DNA of 64,000 nucleotides from Eledone cirrhosa (lineage: Eukaryota). The notes under the pieces are model-generated. The model was not told the origin of the DNA, did no database searches, and was given only the letters and a program-made list of their open reading frames with translations. Where the stretch lies: positions 229,524,001 to 229,588,000 of the forward strand of contig OZ024741.1 of assembly GCA_964016885.1 (NCBI GenBank), read 5' to 3'. A program made the translations under genes and the position numbers. This document shows, piece after piece, positions 1 through 11,748 of the stretch (position 1 is the first letter of the stretch; each line of letters opens with the position of its first letter).

Positions 1-899
1 CAAAGACCCTCATGTATAGATAAGAAATGTATAACCTGTAAAATAAGCCCCCATATTAACTGTAAAACTAGAAATGTAGTGTATAGCATAAGATGTACTG
101 AAGGACAATGTAGAAACAAAAATATAGTGTACATAGGTGAGACAGCTCGTAGTATAGGGGAACGAATAAATGAACACTGGCGAGACCTCCAAGATAATAA
201 AGAATCATCTGTGCTCTACCAACATGCTAAGATAGAAAACAGGGGTAGATTAGAGAACATAGAAATAAAAATAGAATCCACACACAGAAAAGATGCACTG
301 TTTAGGCAAATTACAGAGGCAGTAAGCATAAAAGAATTACAACCAAAATTAAATAGAAAATATGAGTGGAACAGCAACATCACAACTTACAATTAAGGAC
401 AAAATGAAAACACGCACAGGACAAAATGAAAACACACACACACATAGAACAAACAACTTACAATTAAGGACAGAATGAAAACACACACAGGACAAAATGA
501 AAACACACACACACATAGAACAAACAACCAACCAACAATAAATAAATAAATAAATAAACAAATAGATAAATGAACACAAACACACACAGACACCCGGATG
601 TGGCGCATGCGCAAACTGAGCACACAACACACACACAGAAACAAAATGGCGTAGGATAGAAGAAAGGAAAGGCACAGAAACAAAGAAAGGAATACCCAGT
701 CACTGAAGAGGTCACAGAGTGTGTGACGAAAGGACTATGACTATATATAAACAACTATCTGGTTGTGGAACCAACCAACCAACCATAAATTTATAAGTTT
801 ATAAATTTTAAATTTATAAATTTATAAATATATAATAAATTGAAGTGAAAGCAACTGGTGCGTGTGTTTCTTATTGGCAACATGACCCTCCCAAAGTAT

Positions 900-904
<5 letters not shown>
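1..904 (+). mobile_element. Penelope-like element 3' portion: Cys-rich linker, GIY-YIG endonuclease (frame open 1-396), 3' UTR and pLTR ending at (TA)n
   Basis: Frame 1 reads CIDKKCITC..C then VVY..C....C..YIGETARSIGERINEH...RQITEAVSI..LNRKYEWN (GIY-YIG). The 3' UTR has a ~71-bp tandem repeat (385-526) and a hammerhead at 698. It ends ATGACCCTCCCAAAGTATAACA followed by (TA)n. Confidence 0.9.
698..742 (+). ncRNA. Minimal type I hammerhead ribozyme candidate
   Basis: AGTCA-CTGAAGA-G-GTCACA(GAGTG)TGTGAC-GAAA-GGAC-TA-TGACT. It has an extra G after A9, and stem III is not palindromic. Confidence 0.65.
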
Positions 905-970
<66 letters not shown>

Positions 971-1210
971 TGTAATAAACAACATAAGGCAATTATTCCA
1001 TTTACCAGTGGTTTCTTAAAAGCAAAAGATTTTGCTTTCAATCCTCAGAATGAAAAAATCCTGGTCTGTTTATTGAATTTGGATTTTAAAAAACAAAAAT
1101 GCAATCTATTTGAAAGTGAGGCTGGAGAAAGAAGAAGGAAAGGAAAAAACAGGTATATATATACAAACGCGCGCACACACATATATAAATAATAACAATA
1201 ATAATAATAA

Positions 1211-1399
1211 TTGTTTCTACTTTTGGCACAAGGCCAGCAATTATCCCAGTGCATTACTGGTACTTTATTTTATCGACCCCGTAAGGGTGAAATGCAAAGT
1301 TAACCTCGGCGGGATTTGAACTCAGAATGGCAAGGGCCGTAACTCTATGCGTCAAAGCATGGCGTCCGACCCTCTACCGATACTGCCCATCCACCACCC
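1211..1399 (-). mobile_element. tRNA-derived SINE (family S1) with (ATT)n tail
   Basis: A-box-like GGCAGTATCGG, B box GAGTTCAAATC, central TTTCACCCTTACGGGGTCGATAAAATAAAGTACCAG, tail GTAGAAACA(ATT)n. Other copies at 8704, 22671 and 26484. Confidence 0.85.
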
Positions 1400-1410
1400 T
1401 ACAATAATAA

Positions 1411-4213
1411 TAATCCGGTCTCTGTAGGCTTTGTGCGCTGGTAAGGACGCGTTTAGCTTCCAGTAGCCGGGTCCTCGTCTATGAAGCATATCTAAGTCAA
1501 GCACACAGATCACGAATTTGTGGTCCGTGTAGCTGACTATCTTGAATTGTGGACAGCCTATGCTAGACCTATCTATTTCCCTACAAAATACTCTATCTAG
1601 ATATGATCTGGATGACCCTATGCGATTTGTCCAAGTCCACATTGGCACATTCGGGAAATCCAATCAGTAGCTGTCAGACAGTTCAAAACGCCTGAGCAGG
1701 TTGGTGAGTCTCTTGCACCCTCCACCCCTATCCGCTAATCCCACACAGTCCCAGCGTGCATTTAAGATCCCGTTCTAGTCGCCCACTAACACTAAAGAGC
1801 GGGACGTTCCAAGAAAGGTCTCCAGACGCCGGAAGAAATCAGGCCACTAGCCTGAAAGCTTGCCCGTCTCCGCTGGTCACGTCCAGCACCACCAACTTAC
1901 CCTCTGGGTCAAGGAAGATGGCCCGTATGGCGAGATCCAAACCTCTCCGAAAAAGCACAGCAACTCCCCCCCCCCCGATCCAGGACGGCTGGGAGATGCG
2001 TACACATCGTAGCCGCCGAAGATCGGTGCGAAGGCCCGTGCTTCGGAGATTCTGGTCTCGCTGATGACCACTACATCTATGTTTAGTGACCTGAGGTCGT
2101 TGAGCAGGTGACCCTGCTTCCATGACGACCCCAAGCCACGCGTATTTATGCTGCCTATTCTGAGTGAGGTCATGTTGAAATGGAGTGGAAAAGATGGGAA
2201 AGACCACTTACCTTCTCGTAGAGGAAGGATGGTTTTTCCATCCTTTTCACTGCTTGTGGCCTCCTCCGGAAGGATGTCCTTATAAATCCTGCTGGAGAGT
2301 GCTTGTCGGAAGTCTCCGATGTCTTTGGGGAATTTTTGTTTTAGTGTCGTGTACGTTTTCTGTGTGATGCGAGTGATTTGTATGTGTGGAGGTGGTGTGA
2401 ACTTTTGGGTTGTCGTGTAGTCTTTTTCTGTGATGCTGGTGTTGTGTTGGATGTAGTGTAATAATTGGTTGTTGTTCAAATTTAATGCTGTGTAGTGTGT
2501 ATCGTTTTGGTTGTTTTGTTTTGTTTGCGTTTGTTGTGGGTTTGTTTCTGTTTCGCTTTTTGGTGACTTTTGTGATGTTGGTGATGGTGGTGTTGGGGTT
2601 AATGATGGTGATGGTGTGTGTTTGTGGTGATGGGGTTGGTGATGCTGGTGTGGATGGTGGCATAGCTGTCCTAACTTTTTTGTTTGATAGTTTATTTGTT
2701 TCCCTCTGTATTTTGTTTTTGGAGGGGGAGGGAAGAGAATTTTTTATTTTTTGGTTTCTTGTTTCTTTTTTCTTTTTTCCTGATACCGTTTCCCACTCCT
2801 CGTCGTCACAATCTGTCTCCAGTTGTGATAGACCGGGGAGTGGAAAATCCTCCACAGGCGTTGGTTTTGGTTGTGGCGTGGTGGATGGTGTAGGTGCTGG
2901 TACTAGTTCTGGCTCGTTGGGTGGTGGTGGTGTTGGTTTTGCTACTCTTGCTGGGGTTGTTGCTGTTACAGTTGCTTCTGTTATTGCTGCTACAGTTGTT
3001 GCTGCCATCTCTGCTGCTGGTGGTGCTGATGGTTGAGTCACTGGGGTGGGTAAGAGAGGTGGCCTCAACCTTTTAGCCTGAGTGCAGAAAGCCCTTAGGT
3101 GGGTTCCTTCACCACAAACGACACACCTAGGCCTTCTGCCCTCGACGATTACGGTGAGGTAGCTGCCGTCAGTGAGGTCTATTACCTCTGGGATCTCCTC
3201 AATGCTTTTTTGGTCCACTTGGATCAGGAGCTCCATCCCAGATCCGGACCAGTTCTCCTGCTTTTCTTTTGGTATTTCTATTATTTTGGTGTTGTCGTCG
3301 CTTCGTAATGGGGCCATGGAGTGCTCTCTGGCCTCCTGTCGTGTTTCAAAGAACACGTCCACTGTTCCATATTTCTGCCCACGTCAGATATGGGGTTTTT
3401 TTGCCCACACATAACCCAAAGCTTTTTGGATTTTGGACTCGGATGCCCGTTCCACTCGACGCGATTTTATGTTAATCGTCCGATAAGACACGGTGCATAG
3501 GCCCCGATGCTCCATTTTATTAGGTGTGTGTGGGGGGGACCTGTACCCATCTTTCTTTACCATTCTCTTCGCTTCATCTAATTCCTCCTGAGTTACCTGG
3601 ATTGTTTCACATTTTTTGGCTGCTTTGGCAAACACACGGTATTGTTATTCTCATTGTTGTTGTTGCTGTTGTTGTTATTGTTATTTTTGTTATTGTTATT
3701 TTTTGTTTCAGTTGTGGTGGTGGTTGCGTCAGTGGTGTTTGGTGTGGAAGAGTCGATTCTGGGTGAATCCATTTCGATGTCACGAGATAAATATTTTTGT
3801 TTTTTGTTTCTGTTTTCGCTGTGGTGGTAGTGGTGGTGGTGGCGACTTTAACACCTGCAGTCATTGGTAATGGCGGGAAATGAATGTCTGCATGAGACAA
3901 ATTTAAGTTATTGCTACTGCTTATATTTTTAGTGTTTGCAAACGTAGTAATATTTACAATGGTGGTGTTGGTGTTAGTTTGGTGTTAGTTTGTGAGGAAG
4001 GCTCTCAGCTGCTTGGTGTAGCTGTGAGTCGTCCATGATTTTTTCAAAGAAATTTTTTTGATAATTATAAAAGTTTAAATTTGAGGCTCAAGGCCCCAAT
4101 CTTTTTGAGTGTCCTTTTCCGAAAGCAAATTTAACAACAAAAATTTTCCATAAATGGCAATTTGCAAAAACTGAAAACAACAAACGATGATACGATTTAC
4201 TACGTAGGTCGCC
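1411..4213 (-). mobile_element. Tx1/L1-like LINE (lineage A), 5' part: 5' UTR, ORF1, APE endonuclease of ORF2; 3'-truncated and frameshifted
   Basis: ORF1 has a CCHC knuckle CVVCGEGTHLRAFC and a Pro/Thr-rich region. APE motifs: LRIGSINTRGL, SET, SYLDRVF, TDHKFV, GYWKLN. The 5' end GGCGAC abuts (ATT)n. Confidence 0.9.
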
Positions 4214-4253
4214 AATAATAATAATAATAATAATCTCCTTTTTTTTTTTTTTT

Positions 4254-6570
4254 AGTGTGGATTGAGACAGTACAAAAGGAGATTAGTGAACAGGCACACC
4301 AACAAACTGATTTGAGTATCACAGTTGAAACTCATAAGGGGCAGGCCAGAAACCTAACCAACTGGAAATCACCAGGCCCAGATGGTGTGCAGGGGTATTG
4401 GATTAAAAATATAACATCCCTCCACCCGAAACTGACAACCATGTTCAATGACTGCTTGATGTCAGGTGAGGTACCAGAGTGGTTGACGAAAGGTACCACA
4501 GTTCTGGTAATGAAAGACCGAACCAAGGGTAATGATGTTACCAAATATAGACCTATCACATGTCTGTCTGTAATGTGGAAACTGCTAACAAGCATTGTGT
4601 CTGAGGAAACCTACCATCACCTCCATATAAACAACTTGTTACCAGATGAACAGAAAGGATGCCGAAAGAAGTCCCGTGGTGCAAAGGACCAGTTACTTAT
4701 TGATAAGATGGTAATGAGGAATTGCAGGAGGAGACACACTGGTCTTGCCATGGGATGGATAGACTACAAAAAGGCATTCGACATGGTACCTTATTCTTGG
4801 ATAACCAAAAGCCTAGAGATCTTCAGGGTGGCAGATAACCTCAGACAGTTGTTGAGCAAAAGTGTGAAGTCCTGGAAAACAGAGTTAACATCAGCTGGAG
4901 AATCCTAGGAAGGTGTGAGGATCAAGAGAGGTATCTTCCAGGGAGATAGTTTGTCCCCGCTGTTGCCATGATCCCCCTGACCATTGTACTGCGAAAAGTG
5001 AGAGCAGGATACAAGTTGGGAAAGGGAGAGCTTACCATCAATCACCTCCGATCAATCACATGGACGATCTTAAGCTCTTCGGGAAGAGTGAGAGGGGGTT
5101 GGATGTGCTTGTTGACACTGTCCGTATTTTCAGCAACGATATATGTATGCAATTTGGTATTAGTAAGTGTGGAATCCTTGTGATGAAGAGGGGTAAATTG
5201 AGCAGAGGCAACGGAATCCAGGTACCAACAGGTGAGACGATAAAGGAAAGTGATGCTGAAGAAATATACAAATATTTAGGTGTTCTGGAGGCTGATGACA
5301 TCAAGAACAAAAAAATGAAGGAATTGATAAGATCTGAATACATTCGGAGAGTAAGGAGTGTATTAAAATCACATCTGAACAGTAGGAATGCCATAAGTGG
5401 AGTAAATTCCCGAGCTGTGTCTATTATTAGGTACAGTGCGGGAATTCTTAGATGGAATGTTGCTGAACAAAAAGAAATGGATAGGAAGACTAGGAAGCTA
5501 TTGATTATCTACAACATGTTCCACCAGAGGAGTGATGTCGATAGACTCTACTTAAGGAGATCTGAAGGTGGAAGAGGTCTTATCAGCATAGAGGACTGTG
5601 TTCAGATGGAGAAAAACAACCTACACAAATACGTGAGTGATTGTAGGGAGTCAATGCTCAGAATTGTACTGAAGGAGGGGACAATAGACCAGGGGATGTC
5701 CAAGGAGGAAATAGCAACATGTAGGAAGAGCAACCTTCAGGAAAAATCCCTTCATAGTACTTTATTTGAGAAAACTGAATTTAGAGATCCACAGACATTG
5801 AACTGGTTGAAAAGAGGAGACCTTAAAAAGGCTACAGAAGGAATGCTAATGGCTGCGCAAGAGCAGGCCCTCAAAACGAAGTGGGTGAAACACCATATTT
5901 ACAAGGAGGCTAGCCCACTGTGTAGGATCTGTGAAGAGAGAGAGGAGACTGTGGCTCACATTGTATCCGAGTGTAAACACCTAGCCCAGACTCACTATAA
6001 AGGCTGGAGACACGATGTGATGGGCACGGTGATCCACTGGCACCTAGGCAAAATAAACAATTTACCACATTCTGAGAAGTGGTATGAGCATAAGCCAGAG
6101 TTGGTGATAGAAAACGTTCAGGTGAAGATGCTGTGGGATTTTAGGATACAGATGGACAAGAAACTGGATACAATAGACCTGACCTGGTGGTTTTGGACAA
6201 GGAAAAAAGACCGTGCCTGATTGTAGATGTAGCCTGCCCATTCGACACGAGAGTGCAAGAGAAGGAGAGAGAGAAAACTAACCGATACCAGGACTTAAAG
6301 TGGGAGGTAAAAAGGATTTGGAACTGCCATGAAGTCAAGGTCGTCCCGATTGTCATAGGAGCATTAGATACTATCTAAAAGAGTTTCCAAGGATGGTTAA
6401 AGAAAATTGGTCCCGCACCGCTTTTTGGAACACTTCAAAAGGCATGCTTGCTGGGAACAGCAAGAACCCTCCGATACGTCCTGAATATCTGAGGCTGCAG
6501 GTAGTGGCTTGATATTCATTTCAACAAACTTTCCAGTTAAATAACATCAATGACTGAGACTCAAAGAACA
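4254..6570 (+). mobile_element. R4/Dong-like REL LINE (family D1), 5'-truncated, with (AAT)n tail
   Basis: RT motifs [73 protein letters not shown], and PD-D nuclease with KTNRYQDL. Contains stops and frameshifts. Confidence 0.93.
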
Positions 6571-6593
6571 ATAATAATAATAATAATAATAAT

Positions 6594-8299
6594 GATTTCT
6601 TTATTGGCCACACGGGCTGACATCAATAAAAACATTACAGACGGCACAGGACGGTACAGGACGGTACGATGTGGGTTTTGTGCCTGTAAATATTTTTATT
6701 ATTTATATAAGAAAAGAAAAAAAGACATAGAAACATAAATATATATATATAAACAATAAAAATGAAAATTGAAACAATGATAAATTCCCCAACAGGGGGG
6801 AAACCTCCGATAGTTACTCGTGGCGAAAAGCACACAAAAGACCACGGCCACTCTGACCACCAGGGCAAGCGCCCTCTCTCAATTTTTCCATTTCTCAAAC
6901 TACCGACGTATATTCAGAGCGGTTCCCGTTCACTTGGACCATTCTCGCTACATTCACCCACCTTTCAACAAACTTGCTAGAAGGCAGCACTTGCCTCTCC
7001 ACCCTGATTTTCCTATTCAAGTGAAACTTGAAAAAGTTAACTAGGGATTCGCCGAATAGGAAAGTGTCTGTCTTTAACTCTTTCAACCTTGTCCGCCACA
7101 CAATCTCTTTCGCCATGGCCACCAGGCAGATGAAAACCGCCTGCCCTTCCTCCTCGAAGGTAGATGGCGAGACCATCTGCACAATGGACTCCGATAACCG
7201 GATCAGTCCTACACGTGACAGCAACTGTTCGACATAGCTCCACAAGTCAGCAATGCTCGGGCACTGAACGAGTGTGTGCACGACGGTTTCGTCGCTCTGC
7301 GCGCATCTCGGACATGCTCAGGTGACGGCACTTCCGTGTCTGCAGAGCTTATCTCGACCAGCAGCCAGGGATTTTTGGAAGTTATCCATAGGCCCTGAAA
7401 GTTCTCCGGAAGAGAGCAAACAGCTGATCTTCTTCGATGCCCAGGATCTCTCCTCTATAGAACGCCGAGGTGGATGTTCCACCGATACTGGTGCCCAGAT
7501 GGCAGAGGGCAGTGAGCGCCTGGAGACATTCCAGTTTCCAAGCGCTATCCCTCGGTCTTTTTCTGACCCAGGACTGCAGCTCCGTCAAGGAGACGAAGTG
7601 TGGGAAAACGTTCCTGGCGAACGGCGACCACACCTGTTCACCGCCAAGGAAGCACCAGAGATGTCGCAGCCTCAGCGCATGTTTGCGCATCATCAGCCAT
7701 GGCATGCCCAGTCCTCCACGCAACGGGTCATGACAGCAGATGGATCATCTGACCATGGGAGCACGTCCCTTCCATTTCTATGTCACGAGATAATAATTTA
7801 TTTTTTGTTTTTGTTGTCACTGTAGTGGTGGTGGTGGTAGTGGTGATGGTAGTATCAGTGGTGTTGGTTGTTCTTTTTGACATTGTCAAGGTGGGGATGG
7901 CGGCTTTAACACATGTAGTTATTGGTAATGGCGGGAAATCCATGTCAGTATGCGGCAACTCTAAATAATTGAGACTGCTATTAATTATATTTTCAGTGTT
8001 GGCAACCGTGGCAAGGTTTACAATGGTGGTGGTGAGGGGGGGGGGGGGAATTAGTCTGTTAGAAACAGGAAATTTGTCGTCCATGATTTTTTTTTCAAAG
8101 AAATATTTTGTTTGATAAACAAAAAGTTTAAATTTTGGGCTCAGGCCCCAATATTATTGAGTGTCCTTTTTAGAAAGCAATATATGTGAACTTATAAACA
8201 CTTAACAACAAAAAGTTTCCATAACTGGCAATTTGAAACAACTGAAAACAACAAACCTTTGTGGAGCTCACGATAATACGATTTCGTACGTAAGTCGCC
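6594..8299 (-). mobile_element. Internally deleted Tx1-like LINE (lineage A) retaining both ends
   Basis: The 5' UTR and ORF1 start match 3770-4213. They are joined at ~7771 to an ORF2 C-terminus (GGLGMP, HTLVQCP) matching 26790-27554. The 3' end is GGCCAATAAAGAAATC, and (ATT)n flanks both sides. Confidence 0.9.
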
Positions 8300-8358
<59 letters not shown>

Positions 8359-8360
<2 letters not shown>

Positions 8361-8666
8361 GGAGAGGGAGAAAATTAACCGATACCAGGACTTAAAGTGG
8401 GAGGTAAAAAGGATTTGGAACTGCCATGAAGTCAAAGTGATCCCGATTGTCATAGGCGCACTAGGGACTATCTCAAAAAGTTTCCAGGGATGGTTAAAGA
8501 AAATTGGCCCCTTCACGCTTTTTGGAACGCATTTTGGAACGCATGCTTGCTGGGAACAGCAAGAACCCTCCGATACGTCCTGAATATCTGAGGCTGCAGG
8601 TAGTGGCTTGATATTCATTTCAACAAACTTTCCAGTTAACTAACATCAATGACTGAGACTCAAAGA
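8359..8666 (+). mobile_element. R4/Dong-like D1 3' fragment between (AAT)n tracts
   Basis: Near-identical to 6262-6570 (RYQDLKWEVKRIW...3' UTR GACTGAGACTCAAAGA). Confidence 0.9.
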
Positions 8667-8703
8667 GTAATAACAACAATAATAATAATAATAATAATAA
8701 TAA

Positions 8704-8826
8704 TTGTTTCTACTTTTGACACAAGGCCAGCAATTACCCAGTACATTACTGATACTTTATTTTATCGACCCCGTAAGGATGAAAGGCAAAGTTAACCTCA
8801 GCGGGATTTGAGCTCAGACCGTAAAG
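8704..8826 (-). mobile_element. SINE S1, 5'-truncated
   Basis: Matches 1211-1327. Confidence 0.85.
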
Positions 8827-8843
8827 ATAATAATAATAATAAT

Positions 8844-9070
8844 GATTTCTTTATTGGCCACAAGTGCTAGCATGAAGAAAAACATTACAGACGTCATAGA
8901 ACGGTAAAGGACGAGACAAAGTGAGTTTTGGCCGTATAAAAAAAGCGAAAAAATTCAAACCTCCGAGGGTCACTCGTGGCGAAGACCACACAAAAGACCA
9001 CGGCCACCCTGACCACCAGGGCAAGCACCCTCTCTCAGTTCTCCCACTCCTCAGTTTACAGGCGCACACT
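8844..9070 (-). mobile_element. Tx1-like lineage A 3' UTR fragment
   Basis: Homologous to 6594-6900, with the same GGCCAATAAAGAAATC(ATT)n terminus. Confidence 0.85.
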
Positions 9071-10640
9071 CACTACGATTATTGAGGTGTGACGCGCGTT
9101 TCACGATTGATCAGCTAAAGGTTCGATCTGTATTGATCGGGCCCGACTCTGAAATCAAAAGCTCATTATACAAATATGTTTAAACAGGAAGGCAGTATAG
9201 AAAAGAAATAGTTGTTGAAATCTATCTTATCACGATTGTATCGGGGATATGCTTCCATACTTACAATTTATAGTAACAATTGAAATTTAGAACTAAAATA
9301 TTTGAAATAACTTTTGAAAATTGAGTAAAATGTGTAATTTGATAAAAAGAAGTGAAGTATAATTTTTAATGTTTCGTTTAAATATTCACATTCTTTCACA
9401 AATTTCAGTTATTCACAGAGATGGTCACAAACATGTGCTGGTGTTATTTTTGGCATGTCGAATCTATTGTTAAATTTAACTTATCTCGATTGTGTTAATT
9501 CATAGAAAAAATCGAAAATTAGGTTTAACACATTTGAAATTACTTTTGAAAATTATGTCAAATATACTACTTGATAAGAAAATTAATATTAAAAAATATT
9601 TCTTTTAAAACATGTTTTTTCTAGGGTCAATCGTATTCAAGAAGCGTTGAGCAAAATTTGAATTTTTGAAACGTAAATTTTTAGATTAGGAAGGCTTAAA
9701 AGTGACGGTTGAGTGGCCAAAAACGCTTTGTATAACGGTAACGCAGCCATCCAGTATGCAGCAGGTGTGAATTAAATTCCCACAGGCGATACTGTCGACG
9801 TTTTCCATCTCCAATAAGGCTTAGATGCCGAAAATGTACGACAATTTTCACAGTAAAAAACTTACGTTGAAACAGTTTAATTTAAGCTAACATACTTTAA
9901 AATTTTTTTTTTTAATATATGAAATTATCGTTGTTTGTCTTGGTCTCTAGCATGTTTTTAGTGCAGACAAAGTTTAGTTGAGTGCATAGTTTTATTTATA
10001 CCTGACAACATTATAAGAAAAAAATAGGAGAATCATAACGGTATTTTGCAGCAATCCACTTGTTACTACAGATACGTTGGAGAGGGATCTAATTTCCTGA
10101 AATACTAAAGTCAGATGGCGACCACCATTTGACTTTAGAATTCAATCATCTTTTATTCACAGTTGTATATAAACATAGTAATATAATGCTTACAGAGCGA
10201 AGACCCAAAGACATATAATATATACAAATATAAACGAAAAAAAAAACATTTTTAAAATAGAAGAAAAAAGGGGGGCAATTCACCACCAGGTGCGACAATC
10301 GGCCGCACATCACATCATAAGGGTTAACACTTTGAGGCAAGCCAACACGCTCGAGGCTAAGGCACTGAAACAACCTGATACCTCAGTATTTCAGGAAATT
10401 AAAGCCCCACATATCCAAAATTTCCGTTGTACCAATGTTTTCCAGTTTATGACAATGACATAAGATTCCAAGGTGTACAAAATCAGCACTTGTTCCAAAT
10501 AACAGATTCTACAGAACTTAGATTTGCCGTTGTAGAATCTGTGACAGACGGTTTCTTTCATGACAGAAACTTGTGGAGTGCTATTAAAACGTTTCTGGAT
10601 ATAATTCTCTTCAGCACATACAAACATACAATACATACAT

Positions 10641-10750
10641 GATGGCAGCCCCCTTGTTATCGAGTATGGCCATTCCATGAGAAAAAAAACCCCTTAATAA
10701 TAACAATAATAATAGCAACAATAATAATAACGACAACAATAACAATAATA

Positions 10751-10781
<31 letters not shown>

Positions 10782-11645
10782 CGCACACACATAAACACAC
10801 CTACACACACACGATAGCAATTAACAGCGCTACGATCGAATGTGGCTTTTTAGTCCAGCCAATGATATAAAATGTCTTGCACAGAGTTGGCAACCAAAAC
10901 ATTCACTGGGAATAGCCGGCTGTGGTTGGAGTTCATGCATATCGTTTGAGCCCTCCTGCTGATTTACATTCTCTACCACATGCTTGGCAAGCATGATGAG
11001 TAGCATCTCCAACAACAGCCTGGTAGTCAACCACTGGTCTTACTTTATGACTGCGAAGATAACTTTCGAGTCCAGCTTTGCCGAGGAAAATCTCGCACAG
11101 CAATGCCCCTCCTCACATCCCGCTTTACTTACTCGTATGCGATTCGAATTGCCTCAAAGGCAACTTTTCCCTCATATATAGTCTTTCTATATTTATTACG
11201 ATCAGCAGCAACATTTTCCCATGTATCAGCAGAGATGTTAGCGTCTTTCAAAGAGGCTTTCAAGGAATCCTTATACCTCTTTTTTGGCTTATGTGGCGGT
11301 CGTTTTCCTTTAACTAACTCTCCATAAAAGAGTTGTGGTATTCTAGAATCCTTCACCCTGGCAAGGTGACCACTCCAACGGAGTCGTTGCTTAAGCACAA
11401 GAGCTTCTATACTGTCACACATAGAGCTTTCCAAAATCTTGACATCACTGAACGCCATGGATCCATCAGAGACACATCTGACGGAAACGCTCCAATTGCT
11501 TAAGGTGGTGTCGATAGGTGACCCAGGTCTCGCAGGCATAAAAAAGAAAAGAGAACACACATGCTTTGTACACCTTTACTTTGTCTTCTTGAATACGTCT
11601 TGCCGACCCCAGAGTCGCCTTTCTAACTTTCCGAAAGCATGTAGG
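10641..11645 (-). mobile_element. RTE-clade LINE 3' fragment
   Basis: KVKVYKACV..LFYACETW, RLRWSGHLAR..DSRIP.LFYGEL..GKR...PKKRYKD, a C-terminal C2H2 finger, and a 3' UTR carrying microsatellites. It ends at (ATGT)n. Confidence 0.9.
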
Positions 11646-11748
11646 GAGCTTATAGATAGGACAACACACGCTGTCTTTTCGTTGGGTAAGTTTTTAATTA
11701 ATTTTTGTATTCTGAAACATCAAAATACAACTTACATACATACATACA

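Noticed and set aside
9071-10145. Possible DNA transposon remnant with hairpin at ~10105-10140
   Set aside because: No matching terminal inverted repeat, TSD or transposase motif was found.
10391-10620. Possible CCHC knuckle (CRIC...ILCHC) of another LINE on the minus strand
   Set aside because: It needs a frameshift and has no supporting RT motif.
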